A stretch of DNA of 64,000 bases from Nemertoderma westbladi (GCA_032718475.1 JAUCBJ010004091.1:7778-71777), one strand, 5' to 3'; shown: positions 38,999 to 51,625, counted from the first letter of the stretch. The notes: generated by a model from the sequence alone, not told the origin. Translations and numbers: made by a program.

Positions 38999-40148
38999 GG
39001 AGTTTGTATTCTCGTCTTTGATCGTTGTATTTCGTCCGGAGTTCGGTCGATGGGTTTACCTGCATCGCATGAAGGCATGACATTAATTGTTTCCGTGCCA
39101 TGTGGCACTGTTTATCAAACCAGGATTTCGATTTCCTCGGTTTCCGTGCAGTTGCAGAGTTCGTGATGGTCGACGTTATATATGTACAGGCGGTGTCAAC
39201 ACCCTCCCTGAGAGCTGACTCGAATTCGTCTGGGTTCAGTAATTCTCCCAGCTTTTCAATGTCTAGTGATTTCACAGCCGATGTTCTTTGCTGCCGTTTC
39301 AATGAGTTTCCTCGTGGGATATCTAGGCAGACCCGTTGGTGTTTCGTTGTAATGGTTGGTTTAACCTTAAGAGTGATATCATCGGAAAGCTCGTTTTCAA
39401 CAAATACGAGATCTATTGTACTGTGTCCATTCCAGGAATAATAAGTCTGTATGTCAGGGTCATTTAGGCACCGCAGACCGGCGCCCATCAGACCACAGCA
39501 CAGAGAATCTCCGCGTACTGCCTCAGGTCCATCAATGCGAGAGTTGAAATCCCCCATTAATATAATGGGCAGGCTGCATTTGGAGTGCGTCATATTTAGC
39601 GCCGATGCCAGTTCTAGTAGCATATCGGAGGTATCCGTCTTCGGATTGAAATAACATGCCATGATAATTATGTCTCCAACACGCACTGCAAGGACGGATC
39701 TAGAGGTGATCATTTCTTTATGTACTATTGAAATTCTCCCATTTATTGCGATCGTTAAACCACCATATGGGCGACCCAGGTCACCTTTCTCGCAGGGAAC
39801 ATTATAACATTTATAACCCGGAATGTCGACATCCGGGTCCAGCGTTTCGGTTAACACCAGAATATCGGTATCTATAAATGTGTCGTCCGTTGTTAAATCT
39901 ATAGTCGATTGGATCCCTTCGACGTTCCACAGTATGGTCCGTAGACAGTTAGGATCGTTTATCGCATTTGTATTGGGGGGTATCAGTAACAAGGGTAACT
40001 CAGACAATAGTTTGTGGTTCTCAGCAGTTTGATAACGGTTACACTTAAGTTTATGTTTGTATAAACTACCTGCGTATTTGTAGGGTTTTAAGCAGCCAAT
40101 ACAGCAGTTAGTATGGTTATCTTGGCGGTTTAATGCAGACGTTGGTTG
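38999..40148 (-). CDS. LINE ORF2, N-terminal zinc finger and APE endonuclease part
   Basis: Open from the codon after the ORF1 stop; CIGC-x12-H-x3-C finger then APE motifs; rejoins 33793 as YKL-LLNNK. Confidence 0.88.
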
Positions 40149-41048
40149 TCAGTCTGCCGGATTAATGTTTTGGTTGTCAGCTCGCTGGATCGGCGGAATC
40201 CCGCTACCGGTTTGCTGTAAATTGCGGGGTATACGGGGCTGCAGCTTGAGGTTAGCTCTGTCCGAGGAACTTAGATAGTGCCGTTTAATCGTTACACCTT
40301 CCGGCCAGCAAGTAGGCTCATACACTGCGTTTGCCATTTCCTGAGATGGGCAGACTATGTGGAAGACTCCGAGTGGACGCGGAGTGGATGTTGGGTCATC
40401 CAGGGGTTGTTCCAATTTGAAGACATGGTCAAATAATATATTCTTCTCCTGCAGATGGACTTTTACCATCTCTGGGGTTGTATCCGGTTGGAGACGTCCT
40501 ACTCGTATATGGAATCGAGCGGGCGCTCTCGCAACTGCCTGTAGGCCGGCGGAAGTTGCCGAACTTCCGAAACCGGTGGCGATAACGACTGGTCGTTGAA
40601 CCGGCGTTCTTTTTGTGATAACCTTTGCCGATGGTCGGGGCTCCGTAGGCTGCGCTGGTCCTGGTGTAGAACTGCGCTGTCTAGCGAGGCCCCTAGCTGA
40701 CCGGCGTCGGTGTGGATCTATCCACGGGTTGTCGGTTGTTTCTAGGGGGGTATTAGATCCACTACCGGTACCTCCGGCAGCGGAACCGGGTGCGGGGGGT
40801 GGAAGCGGTTGTCTCCTTAGTAGTAATAGGTCTTTACAACGGATTACTTCATGGTTGGCTTGCACCGTTTCTTGACGAGCATCCGCGAGACGCCCCAACG
40901 CCATTGTGTACATTGCGCACATCTTAGATAGGGCATCAGAGATTGACTTTTCCTCCTCGTTAGTTGTTTTCTTTTGCCTGGTTCCTCGAACCATTGGTAA
41001 GACCTCGCTTTGCAGATTAAGATACGCGTCGGCACTTGATTCCATCAC
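40149..41048 (-). CDS. LINE ORF1 nucleic-acid-binding protein
   Basis: 299 aa; coiled-coil-like N-terminus, RRM-like IRVGRLQPDTT..FHIVC and WPEGV motif typical of CR1/L2-group ORF1. Confidence 0.85.
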   Translation of the reverse strand: MMESSADAYLNLQSEVLPMVRGTRQKKTTNEEEKSISDALSKMCAMYTMALGRLADARQETVQANHEVIRCKDLLLLRRQPLPPPAPGSAAGGTGSGSNTPLETTDNPWIDPHRRRSARGLARQRSSTPGPAQPTEPRPSAKVITKRTPVQRPVVIATGFGSSATSAGLQAVARAPARFHIRVGRLQPDTTPEMVKVHLQEKNILFDHVFKLEQPLDDPTSTPRPLGVFHIVCPSQEMANAVYEPTCWPEGVTIKRHYLSSSDRANLKLQPRIPRNLQQTGSGIPPIQRADNQNINPAD

Positions 41049-41611
41049 AACAGCAATAGTAGACTATAAAATATCATATATTAAAAAACAAAATAAATTA
41101 AAACTCTCATTCAATATTAAGAATATTAAGAGTTTCTATTAAGAATTGATATGATCAGTGAGTAAGTTAGATAACGGATCTACGTTCTATAATTAAGCCT
41201 ACTAATGTTGAACTAAAGACTGAAACACGGAGGTTCCACGCCGGCGTTGTAGGCTGTGGAAAAATCACATACTGACTCAACTCCAAGAGTTTCTATCTAC
41301 CATCTATCACAGAGGCAAAAAACGCTCTGATTGGTCGACCGATCAAAGAGAGAACAAAGAACAAAGAGATGTTCTACGTGGCAATATCAGCTGTTAGCCG
41401 TCGTCATGGTAGCTACACTGTTTCAAGAGGATCCGGCTTATTGCGTCATAAAATTGCGGATTATGTCCGCTAAAGTACACATACAGAAGAAATTACTTTT
41501 ATGTCCTCTAAAACAACAATACAGTAAGGACACGGCCTTTTATGCCTGTTAAACCAACTACAGAGTACTTTACGGGGAAAATAACCGGCCAATTCCGCAA
41601 AAGCCTTTACA

Positions 41612-42185
<574 letters not shown>

Positions 42186-42400
42186 TAATGAAATTAAACG
42201 AAACTCGGTATGTATGTAGTCCGTCAAAAGTTTAGAAAGAATCTGAAGTTTCGTCAAAAACGAACGAACGCAACAAGGCACAAGAAGAGGACGAGTATTG
42301 TGTTGAAGACTTCTGACTAACGGCAGACAACTCGTTAATGGTACCCATATGCTAAAGGCTTTGCTCACTTCGTGCTGCGCGAAGGCCCCACGAACGTGTA
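42186..42400. mobile_element. Right arm of a TA-flanked MITE that carries the (GTC)n tract
   Basis: Ends CCCCACGAACGTG|TA like the copy ending at 43650; CTCACTTCGTG (42364-42374) is the reverse complement of 19333-19343; internal AAACT.GGTA...TCAAAAGTTTAGAA shared with 43488-43525. Confidence 0.65.
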
Positions 42401-42700
42401 CTAAGTGTAAATATATGATCTGTTGTCGAGTAGCCAGTTCTAAAACCGGCTTGGGCCTCAATAATGGCTCCGAAGCACTCAGACAACCACTGTAGCCTAT
42501 TATTCAGCAGATATGAAAATAACTTTCCTAATACACTTAACAAGGTAATGCCCCTAAAGTTAGTAGGGTCACCGTTAAAAATGGTGGTAATGACAGGGGT
42601 TAGAACCTCTGAGCCTTCTATTAGAAATTTATTAATCAGCAAATGACAACCTGATGCTTTTCCACGTTTCAGTTTCAAGATTGCTGCGTCTATTTCAGGC
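42401..42700 (-). mobile_element. Degenerate LINE RT fragment, N-terminal RT part
   Basis: LKRGKASG..DPTNFRGITLLSVLGKLF..QAGFRTGYSTTDHIFTL; same strand and type as 18580-19330, probably the same element. Confidence 0.8.
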
Positions 42701-43352
42701 CAACTGTGTAGTAGTCGTAGTAGCTTTGTAGAGCTGAATCCACAAATTTACCGCGTCTGTGATGGCGATGCGATTATCAAACATTATATTTATTAATATC
42801 CTACACAAATCCTATACTGAGGGTTAAGGCCAATCTGCTACTCATAAAATAATCATTAATTTTATGATCATGTTAGAAATCATTTTCGTTCCCACCCATA
42901 ATAAAGCACTACACCCACCCAATACACTGCATCGTCAACCATACATCCTATCATAATAGGTAAATGTTCCAGCAAGTAGGGCAATAAAGTGAAAAACAAG
43001 ATGACATTACAAATTTATTATTTTATCTTATTACATTGAGTAATTATATTTCGTTTATAATGTTTCGTGATTTTAGTTGTTAATGTTTTAGGAAGACTGA
43101 ACAGTAAAATTGAGTATGCGTTTGCAGAAATGCAGTCATCATAAAGTTTATTATATGTACCGTATAATGCAGCATAACACAGTATAACACAGCAAACTCG
43201 AATCAGATTCAATAAATATATGATTACTTACAATTCCTCGTATATAAACATGAATGTTTGGTAGTATATTTTTAGTCGTTTCAGCTTAAAAGTTATATAC
43301 TCCAAAAGTTTTGAAATTTTAATTTAAATCTTCTAAGGTTAGTGAAGTTTGG

Positions 43353-43650
43353 TATGTATGTGGGGCGATCCACATAAGTCCAGATGAGCCTTATCGTATG
43401 GGTATAATTCGTCGATGCGTCTGTCGTCGTCGTTGTCGAAAATGTTTGAACGCTAATAAGTCTCTCATTCTATGATGAAATGGAACCAAACTTGGTACAC
43501 ATGTATTCTATCAAAAGTTTAGAATTTCTACACACAGACAGACTTCTATAGTGCATCTGTAAACCGCTAGGGGGCGAATGGCTAGGTCTACTAATTGTAC
43601 CTCTACGCAAAGGCTAATCTGCACTTACGGTTGCGCCCCACGAACGTGTA
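43353..43650. mobile_element. MITE with imperfect ~35-bp TIRs and a short internal GTC tract
   Basis: GTGGGGCG..ATAAGTCCAGATGAGCCTT versus AAGGCTAATCTGCACTTACGGTTGCGCCCCAC; internal TGTCGTCGTCGTTGTCG. Confidence 0.7.
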
Positions 43651-43854
43651 ATATAAAAAGGACACTGACACCTTTTTGTAATTAAAGGCGAACTTAATGA
43701 TGTGGCACAGTCGCAAATTTAATTTAATTACAATACAAATCGAAAAGGAATTTTGCCCATTTACTATAGTATCATTAGGCAACTTTCGTATTTACTGTGT
43801 TTTACATTAGAAACATTACAAATTTAATGTTATTAAATCGTTAAATGAATGTGA

Positions 43855-45720
43855 GTTGAATTGAATTGAAATTGATTGCGACTAAGTTACTATAAGATCG
43901 AACGAACTCCCACAGTAGAAATGGCATCCTTCCAGGATTCCCGATTCTCCATAGTTGTCGCAATTTCGTTTCTCCCAAGTTCAGTATTCCTTTCAAGCTG
44001 TTCTATATATGTTATGGCCGGTCGTCTACGACTACGTTTTCCATGTGTTGGTTGCAAGAAATGTAGATCTTGTATGACCTCGTCTTTACTTCTCCAGCAG
44101 CAGTGCCCACTGAATCTTAATCTGCGTTCACGGGGGGCGGTTGATACCGGTGGTATTGTGCCATACTGTAAAGCTCGGCTTTTGACATATTGTCTCCAGC
44201 TGATGTTTAGGGCTGCCCTTAGTCGTCTTGTGTAGCAACCATCAATTCGTCTTTCAAGTGATTTAGTCAGTGTCCAGGTCTCACCCCCGTATAAACTTAC
44301 ACTTTCCACTGTGGCTCGAAAGAACCTGGTCTTCAGGTGACTGGAGAGATCTGATTTCCAGATGGTATCTATTTTTGATAGAGCTACCCAAGCCTTTGCT
44401 TTCCTAACTTCTATGTCCTTTTTGCTACTCTCTATCCATGACACAAGGTACTGGAAATCGTCAACCTTTCTTAGTTGATTATTATCAATTGTTTCTTTTA
44501 AGCATTTTTCACTGGGCGGCACATATTCTTAATGCAAAGCAGTTTATAAAATATTCTGAGAGAAGGAAGAACTGAGGAACAAAGGTTAGGGCAGCGGTTA
44601 AACTAACTGAGGAACAAATGTTAGGACAGTGGTTAAACTATCTGAGGAACAAAGGAAAGATTAGGACAGCAGTTAAACTAACTAATGAACAAAGGTTAGG
44701 ACAGCATTTAAACTAACTGCTGGTTAAACTAGCTGAGAAACGAAGGAAAGGTTAAGACATCGTTTAGACAAACTGATGAACAAAGATTAGGGCAGCGGAT
44801 AGACTAACTGAAGGAACAAATGTTAGGACAGTGGTTAAACTATCTGAGGAACAAAGGAAAGATTAAGACAGCAGTTAAACTAACTAATAAACAAAGTTAG
44901 GACAGCGGTTAAACAACTGATGAACGAAGGTTGGGACAGCGGTTAAACTATCTGAGGAACAAAGATTAGTGCGCAAAGGCTACACTGAGGAATAAAGGTT
45001 AGGACATCGGATAAACTAACTGAGAAACAACGGTTAAGATAGCGATAAACTAACTGAGAAACAAAGTTTGGGGCAGCGGTTAAACTATCTGAGGAACAAA
45101 GGTTAGGAAAGGACAGCTGTTAAACTAACAACGTTTAAAATGTTGATGAACAAAGTTTTGTTGATAACGATTAAATGAACTTTTTTTAATTTATTTATCA
45201 GTATAGTTCTGTAGTTTGATTCAATTTTTGAAGGCATTCCTGGCTTGAATGGGCGGCATATTAATTCAACTAGGCGGCAAAAGTGCCGCCCAGTGGCAAT
45301 GTTAAACGAGGCTTTAAAAGTCATGAATTCGGTCTTGGAAACATTTATATGCAATCCAACCTCCTTAGCAACCCTCTCCACTTTATTTAGTAGAAGCTGT
45401 GCATCTGCTAGCGTATTAGAGAGTAGGGCGATGTCATCCGCAAAGTCGGTGTCTCTTGACTGTAGTTTCCGGATATCTGCTGCTTCTTCGTTCTTGTAGT
45501 GTGAATCCCAGATATTCTCCCTTTTTGGCTATCCTCATTGCGAAGTCAATTACAATTAATTATGAATAGTAATGGTGCGAATGTGTCGCTTTACAGTATG
45601 CCAGCCAGGATTGAGAATAACTCAGTTTCACCATCTGGTGAGAAGCCCTGAACTTCAGTACCACAATTTGACAATCCAATATCAGTGATGATTACTTCTG
45701 GTATTCGATAAGCTACTATG
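43855..45720 (-). mobile_element. Degenerate 5'-truncated RTE-clade LINE, interrupted
   Basis: DGETELFSILAGIL, TDFADDIALL, GLHINVSKTEFM (45305-45720) and DDFQYL..RLRFSGHC (43890-44497); (TTCAA)n-like tail near 43855-43875. Confidence 0.85.
44498..45305. mobile_element. TTAA-flanked non-autonomous element (piggyBac-like) with an internal ~32-bp minisatellite
   Basis: TTAA at 44498-44501 and 45302-45305; inverted CACTGGGCGGCAC (44510-44522) / GTGCCGCCCAGTG (45283-45295); diverged repeats AACTGAGGAACAAAGGTTAGGACAGCGGTTAAACT at 44570-45130; RTE sequence resumes on both sides. Confidence 0.7.
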
Positions 45721-48700
45721 TTACTTGGTTGTGGTTCATTAATTTGACTTGGTTGTGGTTCATTGAATGTGACTTGGTTGTGGTTCATTGAATGTGACTT
45801 GGTTGTGGTTCATTGAATGTGACTTGGTTGTGGTTCATTGAATGTGACTTGGTTGTGGTTTCTTGAATGTGACCTGGTTGTAATTGATTGAATTTGACTT
45901 GATTGTGGGTCATTGAAGGTGACTTGGTGGTGGTTCATTGAATGTGACTTTGTTGTGGTTTCTTGAATGTGACTTGGTTGTAGTTCATTGAAAATAACTT
46001 GGTTGTGGTTCATTAAATGTGACTTGGTTGTGGTTTCTTGAATGTGACTTGGTTGTAGTTCATTGAATTTGACTTGATTGTGGGTCATTGAAGGTGACTT
46101 GGTGGTGGTTCATTGAATGTGACTTTGTTGTGGTTTCTTGAATGTGACTTGGTTGTAGTTCATTGAATATGACTTGGTTGTGGTTCATTGAATGTGACTT
46201 CGTCGTGTTTCATTGAATGTGACTTGGTTGTGGTTCATTGAATGTGACTTGGTTGTGGTTCCTTGAATGTGACTTGGTTGTGGTTCATTGAATATGACTT
46301 GGTTGTGGTTCATTGAATGTGACTTGGTTGTGGTTCATAGAATGTTACTTGGTTGTAGTTCATTGAATGTGACTTGGTTGTGGTTCATTGAATGTGCCTG
46401 TGACTTTGATGTGGTTCATTTAATGTGACTTGGTTGTGGTTAATTGAATGTGACTTGGTTGTGGTTCATTGAATGTGACTTGGTTGTGGTGCATTGAATG
46501 TGACTTGGTTGTGGTTAATTGAATGTGACTTGGTTGTAGTTCATTGAATAAGACTTGGTTGTGGTTCATTGAATGTGACTTGGTTGTGGTTCATTGAATG
46601 TGTCTTGCTTGTGGTTCAGTGAATGTGACTTGGTTGTGCGGTTCATTGAATGTGACTTGGTTGTGGTTCTTTGAATGTGACTTGGTTGTGGTGCATTGAA
46701 TGTGACTTGGTTGTGGTTCATTTAATGTGACTTGGTTGTGGTTCATTGAATGTGACTTGGTTGTGGTTCATTGAATGTGACTTGGTTGTGGTTCATTGAA
46801 TGTGACTTGGTTGTGGTTCATTGAATGTGACTTGGTTGTGGTTCATTTAATGTGACTTGGTTGTGGTTCATTGAATGTGACTTGGTTGTGGTTCATTGAA
46901 TGTGACTTGGTTGTGGTTCATTGAATGTGACTTGGTTGTGGTGCATTGAATGTGACTTGGTTGTGGTTCATTTAATGTGACTTGGTTGTGGTTCATTGAA
47001 TGTGACTTGGTTGTGGTGCATTGAATGTGACTTGGTTGTGGTTCATTTAATGTGACTTGGTTGTGATTCATTGAATGTGACTTGGTTGTGGTTCATTGAA
47101 TGTGACTTGGTTGTGGTTCATTGAATGTGACTTGGTTGTGGTTTATTGAATGTGACTTGGTTGTGGTTCATTGAATGTGTCTTGCTTGTGGTTCATTGAA
47201 TGTGACTTGGTTGTGGTTCATTGAATGTGACTTGGTTGTGGTTCTTTGAATGTGACTTGGTTGTGGTGCATTGAATGTGACTTGGTTGTGGTTCATTTAA
47301 TGTGACTTGGTTGTGGTTCATTGAATGTGACTTGGTTGTGGTTCATTGAATGTGACTTGGTTGTGGTTAATTGAATGTGACTTGGTTGTGGTGCATTGAA
47401 TGTGACTTGGTTGTGGTTCATTTAATGTGACTTGGTTGTGATTCATTGAATGTGACTTGGTTGTGGTTCATTGAATGTGACTTGGTTGTGGTTCATTTAA
47501 TGTGACTTGGTTGTGGTTCATTGAATGTGACTTGGTTGTGGTTCATTGAATGTGACTTGGTTGTGGTTCATTGAATGTGACTTGGTTGTGGTTAATTGAA
47601 TGTGACTTGGTTGTGGTTCATTGAATGTGACTTGGTTGTGGTGCATTGAATGTGACTTGGTTGTGGTTAATTGAATGTGACTTGGTTGTAGTTCATTGAA
47701 TAAGACTTGGTTGTGGTTCATTGAATGTGACTTGGTTGTGGTTCATTGAATGTGTCTTGCTTGTGGTTCAGTGAATGTGACTTGGTTGTGGTTCATTGAA
47801 TGTGACTTGGTTGTGGTTCTTTGAATGTGACTTGGTTGTGGTGCATTGAATGTGACTTGGTTGTGGTTCATTTAATGTGACTTGGTTGTGGTTCATTGAA
47901 TGTGACTTGGTTGTGGTTCATTGAATGTGACTTGGTTGTGGTGCATTGAATGTGACTTGGTTGTGGTTCATTTAATGTGACTTGGTTGTGATTCATTGAA
48001 TGTGACTTGGTTGTGGTTCATTGAATGTGACTTGGTTGTGGTTCATTGAATGTGACTTGGTTGTGGTTTATTGAATGTGACTTGGTTGTGGTTCATTGAA
48101 TGTGTCTTGCTTGTGGTTCATTGAATGTGACTTGGTTGTGGTTCATTGAATGTGACTTGGTTGTGGTTCTTTGAATGTGACTTGGTTGTGGTGCATTGAA
48201 TGTGACTTGGTTGTGGTTCATTTAATGTGACTTGGTTGTGGTTCATTGAATGTGACTTGGTTGTGGTTCATTGAATGTGACTTGGTTGTGGTTCATTGAA
48301 TGTGACTTGGTTGTGGTGCATTGAATGTGACTTGGTTGTGGTTCATTTAATGTGACTTGGTTGTGATTCATTGAATGTGACTTGGTTGTGGTTCATTGAA
48401 TGTGACTTGGTTGTGGTTCATTTAATGTGACTTGGTTGTGGTTCATTGAATGTGACTTGGTTGTGGTTCATTGAATGTGACTTGGTTGTGGTTCATTGAA
48501 TGTGACTTGGTTGTGGTTAATTGAATGTGACTTGGTTGTGGTTCATTGAATGTGACTTGGTTGTGGTGCATTGAATGTGACTTGGTTGTGGTTAATTGAA
48601 TGTGACTTGGTTGTAGTTCATTGAATAAGACTTGGTTGTGGTTCATTGAATGTGACTTGGTTGTGGTTCATTGAATGTGTCTTGCTTGCGGTTCAGTGAA

Positions 48701-50002
48701 TGTGACTTGGTTGTGGTTCATTGAATGTGACTTGGTTGTGGTTCTTTGAATGTGACTTGGTTGTGGTGCATTGAATGTGACTTGGTTGTGGTTCATTTAA
48801 TGTGACTTGGTTGTGGTTCATTGAATGTGACTTGGTTGTGGTTCATTGAATGTGACTTGGTTGTGGTTCATTGAATGTGACTTGGTTGTGGTTCATTGAA
48901 TGTGACTTGGTTGTGGTTCATTGAATGTGACTTGGTTGTGGTTCATTTAATGTGTCTTGCTTGCGGTTCAGTGAATGTGTCTTGCTTGTGGTTCATTGAA
49001 TGTGACTTGGTTGTGGTTCATTGAATGTGACTTGGTTGTGGTTCTTTGAATGTGACTTGGTTGTGGTGCATTGAATGTGACTTGGTTGTGGTTCATTTAA
49101 TGTGACTTGGTTGTGGTTCATTGAATGTGACTTGGTTGTGGTTCATTGAATGTGACTTGGTTGTGGTTCATTGAATGTGACTTGGTTGTGGTGCATTGAA
49201 TGTGACTTGGTTGTGGTTCATTTAATGTGACTTGGTTGTGATTCATTGAATGTGACTTGGTTGTGGTTCATTGAATGTGACTTGGTTGTGGTGCATTGAA
49301 TGTGACTTGGTTGTGGTTCATTTAATGTGACTTGGTTGTGGTTCATTGAATGTGACTTGGTTGTGGTTCATTGAATGTGACTTGGTTGTGGTTCATTGAA
49401 TGTGACTTGGTTGTGGTTCATTTAATGTGACTTGGTTGTGGTTCATTGAATGTGACTTGGTTGTGGTTCATTGAATGTGACTTGGTTGTGGTTCATTGAA
49501 TGTGACTTGGTTGTGGTGCATTGAATGTGACTTGGTTGTGGTTCATTTAAAGTGACTTGGTTGTGGTTCATTGAATGTGACTTGGTTGTGGTGCATTGAA
49601 TGTGACTTGGTTGTGGTTCATTTAATGTGACTTGGTTGTGATTCATTGAATGTGACTTGGTTGTGGTTCATTGAATGTGACTTGGTTGTGGTTCATTGAA
49701 TGTGACTTGGTTGTGGTTTATTGAATGTGACTTGGTTGTGGTTCATTGAATGTGACTTGGTTGTGGTTCATTGAATGTGACTTGGTTGTGGTTCATTGAA
49801 TGTGACTTGGTTGTGGTGCATTGAATGTGACTTGGTTGTGGTTCATTTAATGTGACTTGGTTGTGGTTTATTGAATGTGACTTGGTTGTGGTTCATTGAA
49901 TGTGACTTGGTTGTGGTTCATTGAATGTGACTTGGTTGTGGTTCATTTAATGTGACTTGGTTGTGGTTCATTGAATGTGACTTGGTTTGGCTTTATTGAA
50001 TG
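45718..50002 (+). repeat. 25-bp satellite, about 170 copies
   Basis: Unit CATTGAATGTGACTTGGTTGTGGTT; variant blocks recur at a 925-bp offset. Confidence 0.97.
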
Positions 50003-50052
50003 TAATTTGCTTCCACTTTTCTATACCTTTATAGACCTACTTATCGAAGAGA

Positions 50053-50235
50053 ATGGCGATTCTACCACAATACTTCGGTCTCATTATATTCTACCCGTCT
50101 TTGGTTGTTTCTCAGCTGCCAGGTCTACCAGGCACAGGTCTACCAGGTACTGGTCTACCAGGTCTGCCTGGTACAGATCAACCCACTGGTCCCGAAATCC
50201 AAGTAGCCACATTCCATGAAGACCTTTTTTCTGCA
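50053..50235 (+). CDS. First coding exon of a secreted or membrane receptor (signal peptide + Pro/Gly linker)
   Basis: Acceptor ttttctatacctttatag ends 50034, ATG 50053, hydrophobic MAILPQYFGLIIFYPSLVVS, donor GCA|gtaagt at 50236, phase 0 matching the next exon. Confidence 0.75.
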
Positions 50236-50516
50236 GTAAGTAGAGGTTTATATAATATTATTTAGCAATAATAGTTTCCAGTTGAAAATTGCGTTATTGA
50301 TGGTCCAAGGATGATCCTTTCATATGGTACATAGAATGATGTATGAATTTATTCATATGAATGTATGAATTTCATATGGTACATAATGAAAAACAACGAA
50401 AATTATAACCATAAGAAACAATAATTTAGTAATAAAGAGCATTAAATACAATACAATTACTTAAATTTATTTATTTATTAAATTTAAATTAAACATTATT
50501 AAATTTATTAATTAAA

Positions 50517-50612
<96 letters not shown>
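50517..50612 (+). repeat. (TAAA)n microsatellite
   Basis: Directly visible. Confidence 0.95.
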
Positions 50613-50613
<1 letters not shown>

Positions 50614-50724
50614 ATAAATCAAATAAAATTAAATAAAAACATTAAATAAGTTTGATAAATTAATTAACTATTAGTAAATTAACAATAGTTGGAAGTTAAA
50701 TTTTTGATTTTTGATCCGTACGAT

Positions 50725-51625
50725 TGGGAGACATTAGTATCCGCGAGACTGCCCGCGGACACTAATGTCTCAGGACTTTAGTGCCCGCGAGTCATTAGTG
50801 CCTGGGTCCGCACCCCGCACTGAATTTGGAAGTTAGTATAGGGTAATCCGTTTTTATTCTTACTTATACCCCATTCAACCAAAGTCGTCCATTCACATAC
50901 AGTAAACTAATTTAATTAATTCCCAAAAATTTAATTAACTAAAAGTAATACTTTACTTTTAATTCGTCGACAAAATGTCAGACAGACGACTTCGTCTGTA
51001 TTCGTCGACTTCGACGAGTCTTTTTCTTAAAATCATTCATTCATTACTAAAATATATTAGTGCGTCCTCGCACGATTATACTGTAGTACTGCACCTTGTT
51101 TGTTTATTACACACTGTCTCCAGTAAAGTTAAACAAATTAAGGATACTCAATCAAAAGTAGGTTATTTATAAATAAACAATCAAACGCCGTTGCTTAATC
51201 CTCATACTTGCTTGAAGACTTTACCGCAAAACCAAATAATATAAATGCTACCATGTCTAGCTGAGGTTAATTAATTTTTTAATCATAAAAGATCCAAGTT
51301 GAAAATAAAATGTTAAATAACGATATGCGGGAACTAAAGAAGCTGGAAATTATTGTCTTTATGAGGTTTGAAGAAAGTAACGACTCGTTTGCATCAACAG
51401 GAAGCTGGAAATGTCATCATGGCCTGTTGCATTTATTACATACTAAGTCGCTAGACGGGCACTAATGTCTCGCGGGAACTAATGTGTCGCGGGCACTAAC
51501 GTCTCGCGGTCACTAAAGTCCTATGGGACATTTGTGCCCGCGACAATGCGACTAAGTGACCGCGGGCACTAAAGGTACTGATGAATTAGTGCCCGCGGCG
51601 CGGGCACTAACGCTCCAAGACCATC
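50725..51625. mobile_element. Non-autonomous DNA transposon with subterminal GCGGGCACTAA repeats
   Basis: Clusters of TTAGTGCCCGCG / CGCGGGCACTAA in both orientations at 50730-50820 and 51455-51615 around an AT-rich core; exact termini not resolved. Confidence 0.6.

Larger units (their letters stand above)
31945..41138 (-). mobile_element. Apparently full-length two-ORF APE-type LINE (RTEX/L2/CR1 group), interrupted by a Gypsy element
   Basis: TSD TTAAGAATTGATATGA at 31929-31944 and 41139-41154; ORF1, APE (WNVEG, LTET, GDFNSR, STIDLVF), RT (QGDKLSPLLF, YADD) and C-terminal CxxC..H..C. Confidence 0.93.
20341..41611 (-). mobile_element. BEL/Pao LTR retrotransposon (element 1), internally deleted, 5' LTR interrupted by a LINE
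   Basis: Paired LTRs with TGT...ACA ends, TCGTC on both flanks (5-bp TSD, inside a microsatellite), Pao-type RT (VVFDGSA, YMDD), RNase H (YWTD..NPAD..SRG) and integrase (GVDLFGP, SDKGTNF, PWWGGSWERL). Confidence 0.95.
31264..41611 (-). repeat. 5' LTR of BEL element 1, split into 31264-31944 and 41139-41611
   Basis: Matches 20341-21487 once the LINE and one TSD copy are removed. Confidence 0.92.

Noticed and set aside
45591-49646. NHNQVTFNEPQPSHIQ ORFs
   Set aside because: Minus-strand translations of the 25-bp satellite.
50113-50190. Collagen call for the LPG repeats
   Set aside because: The Gly-X-Y register is broken by GTG inserts and the tract is very short.
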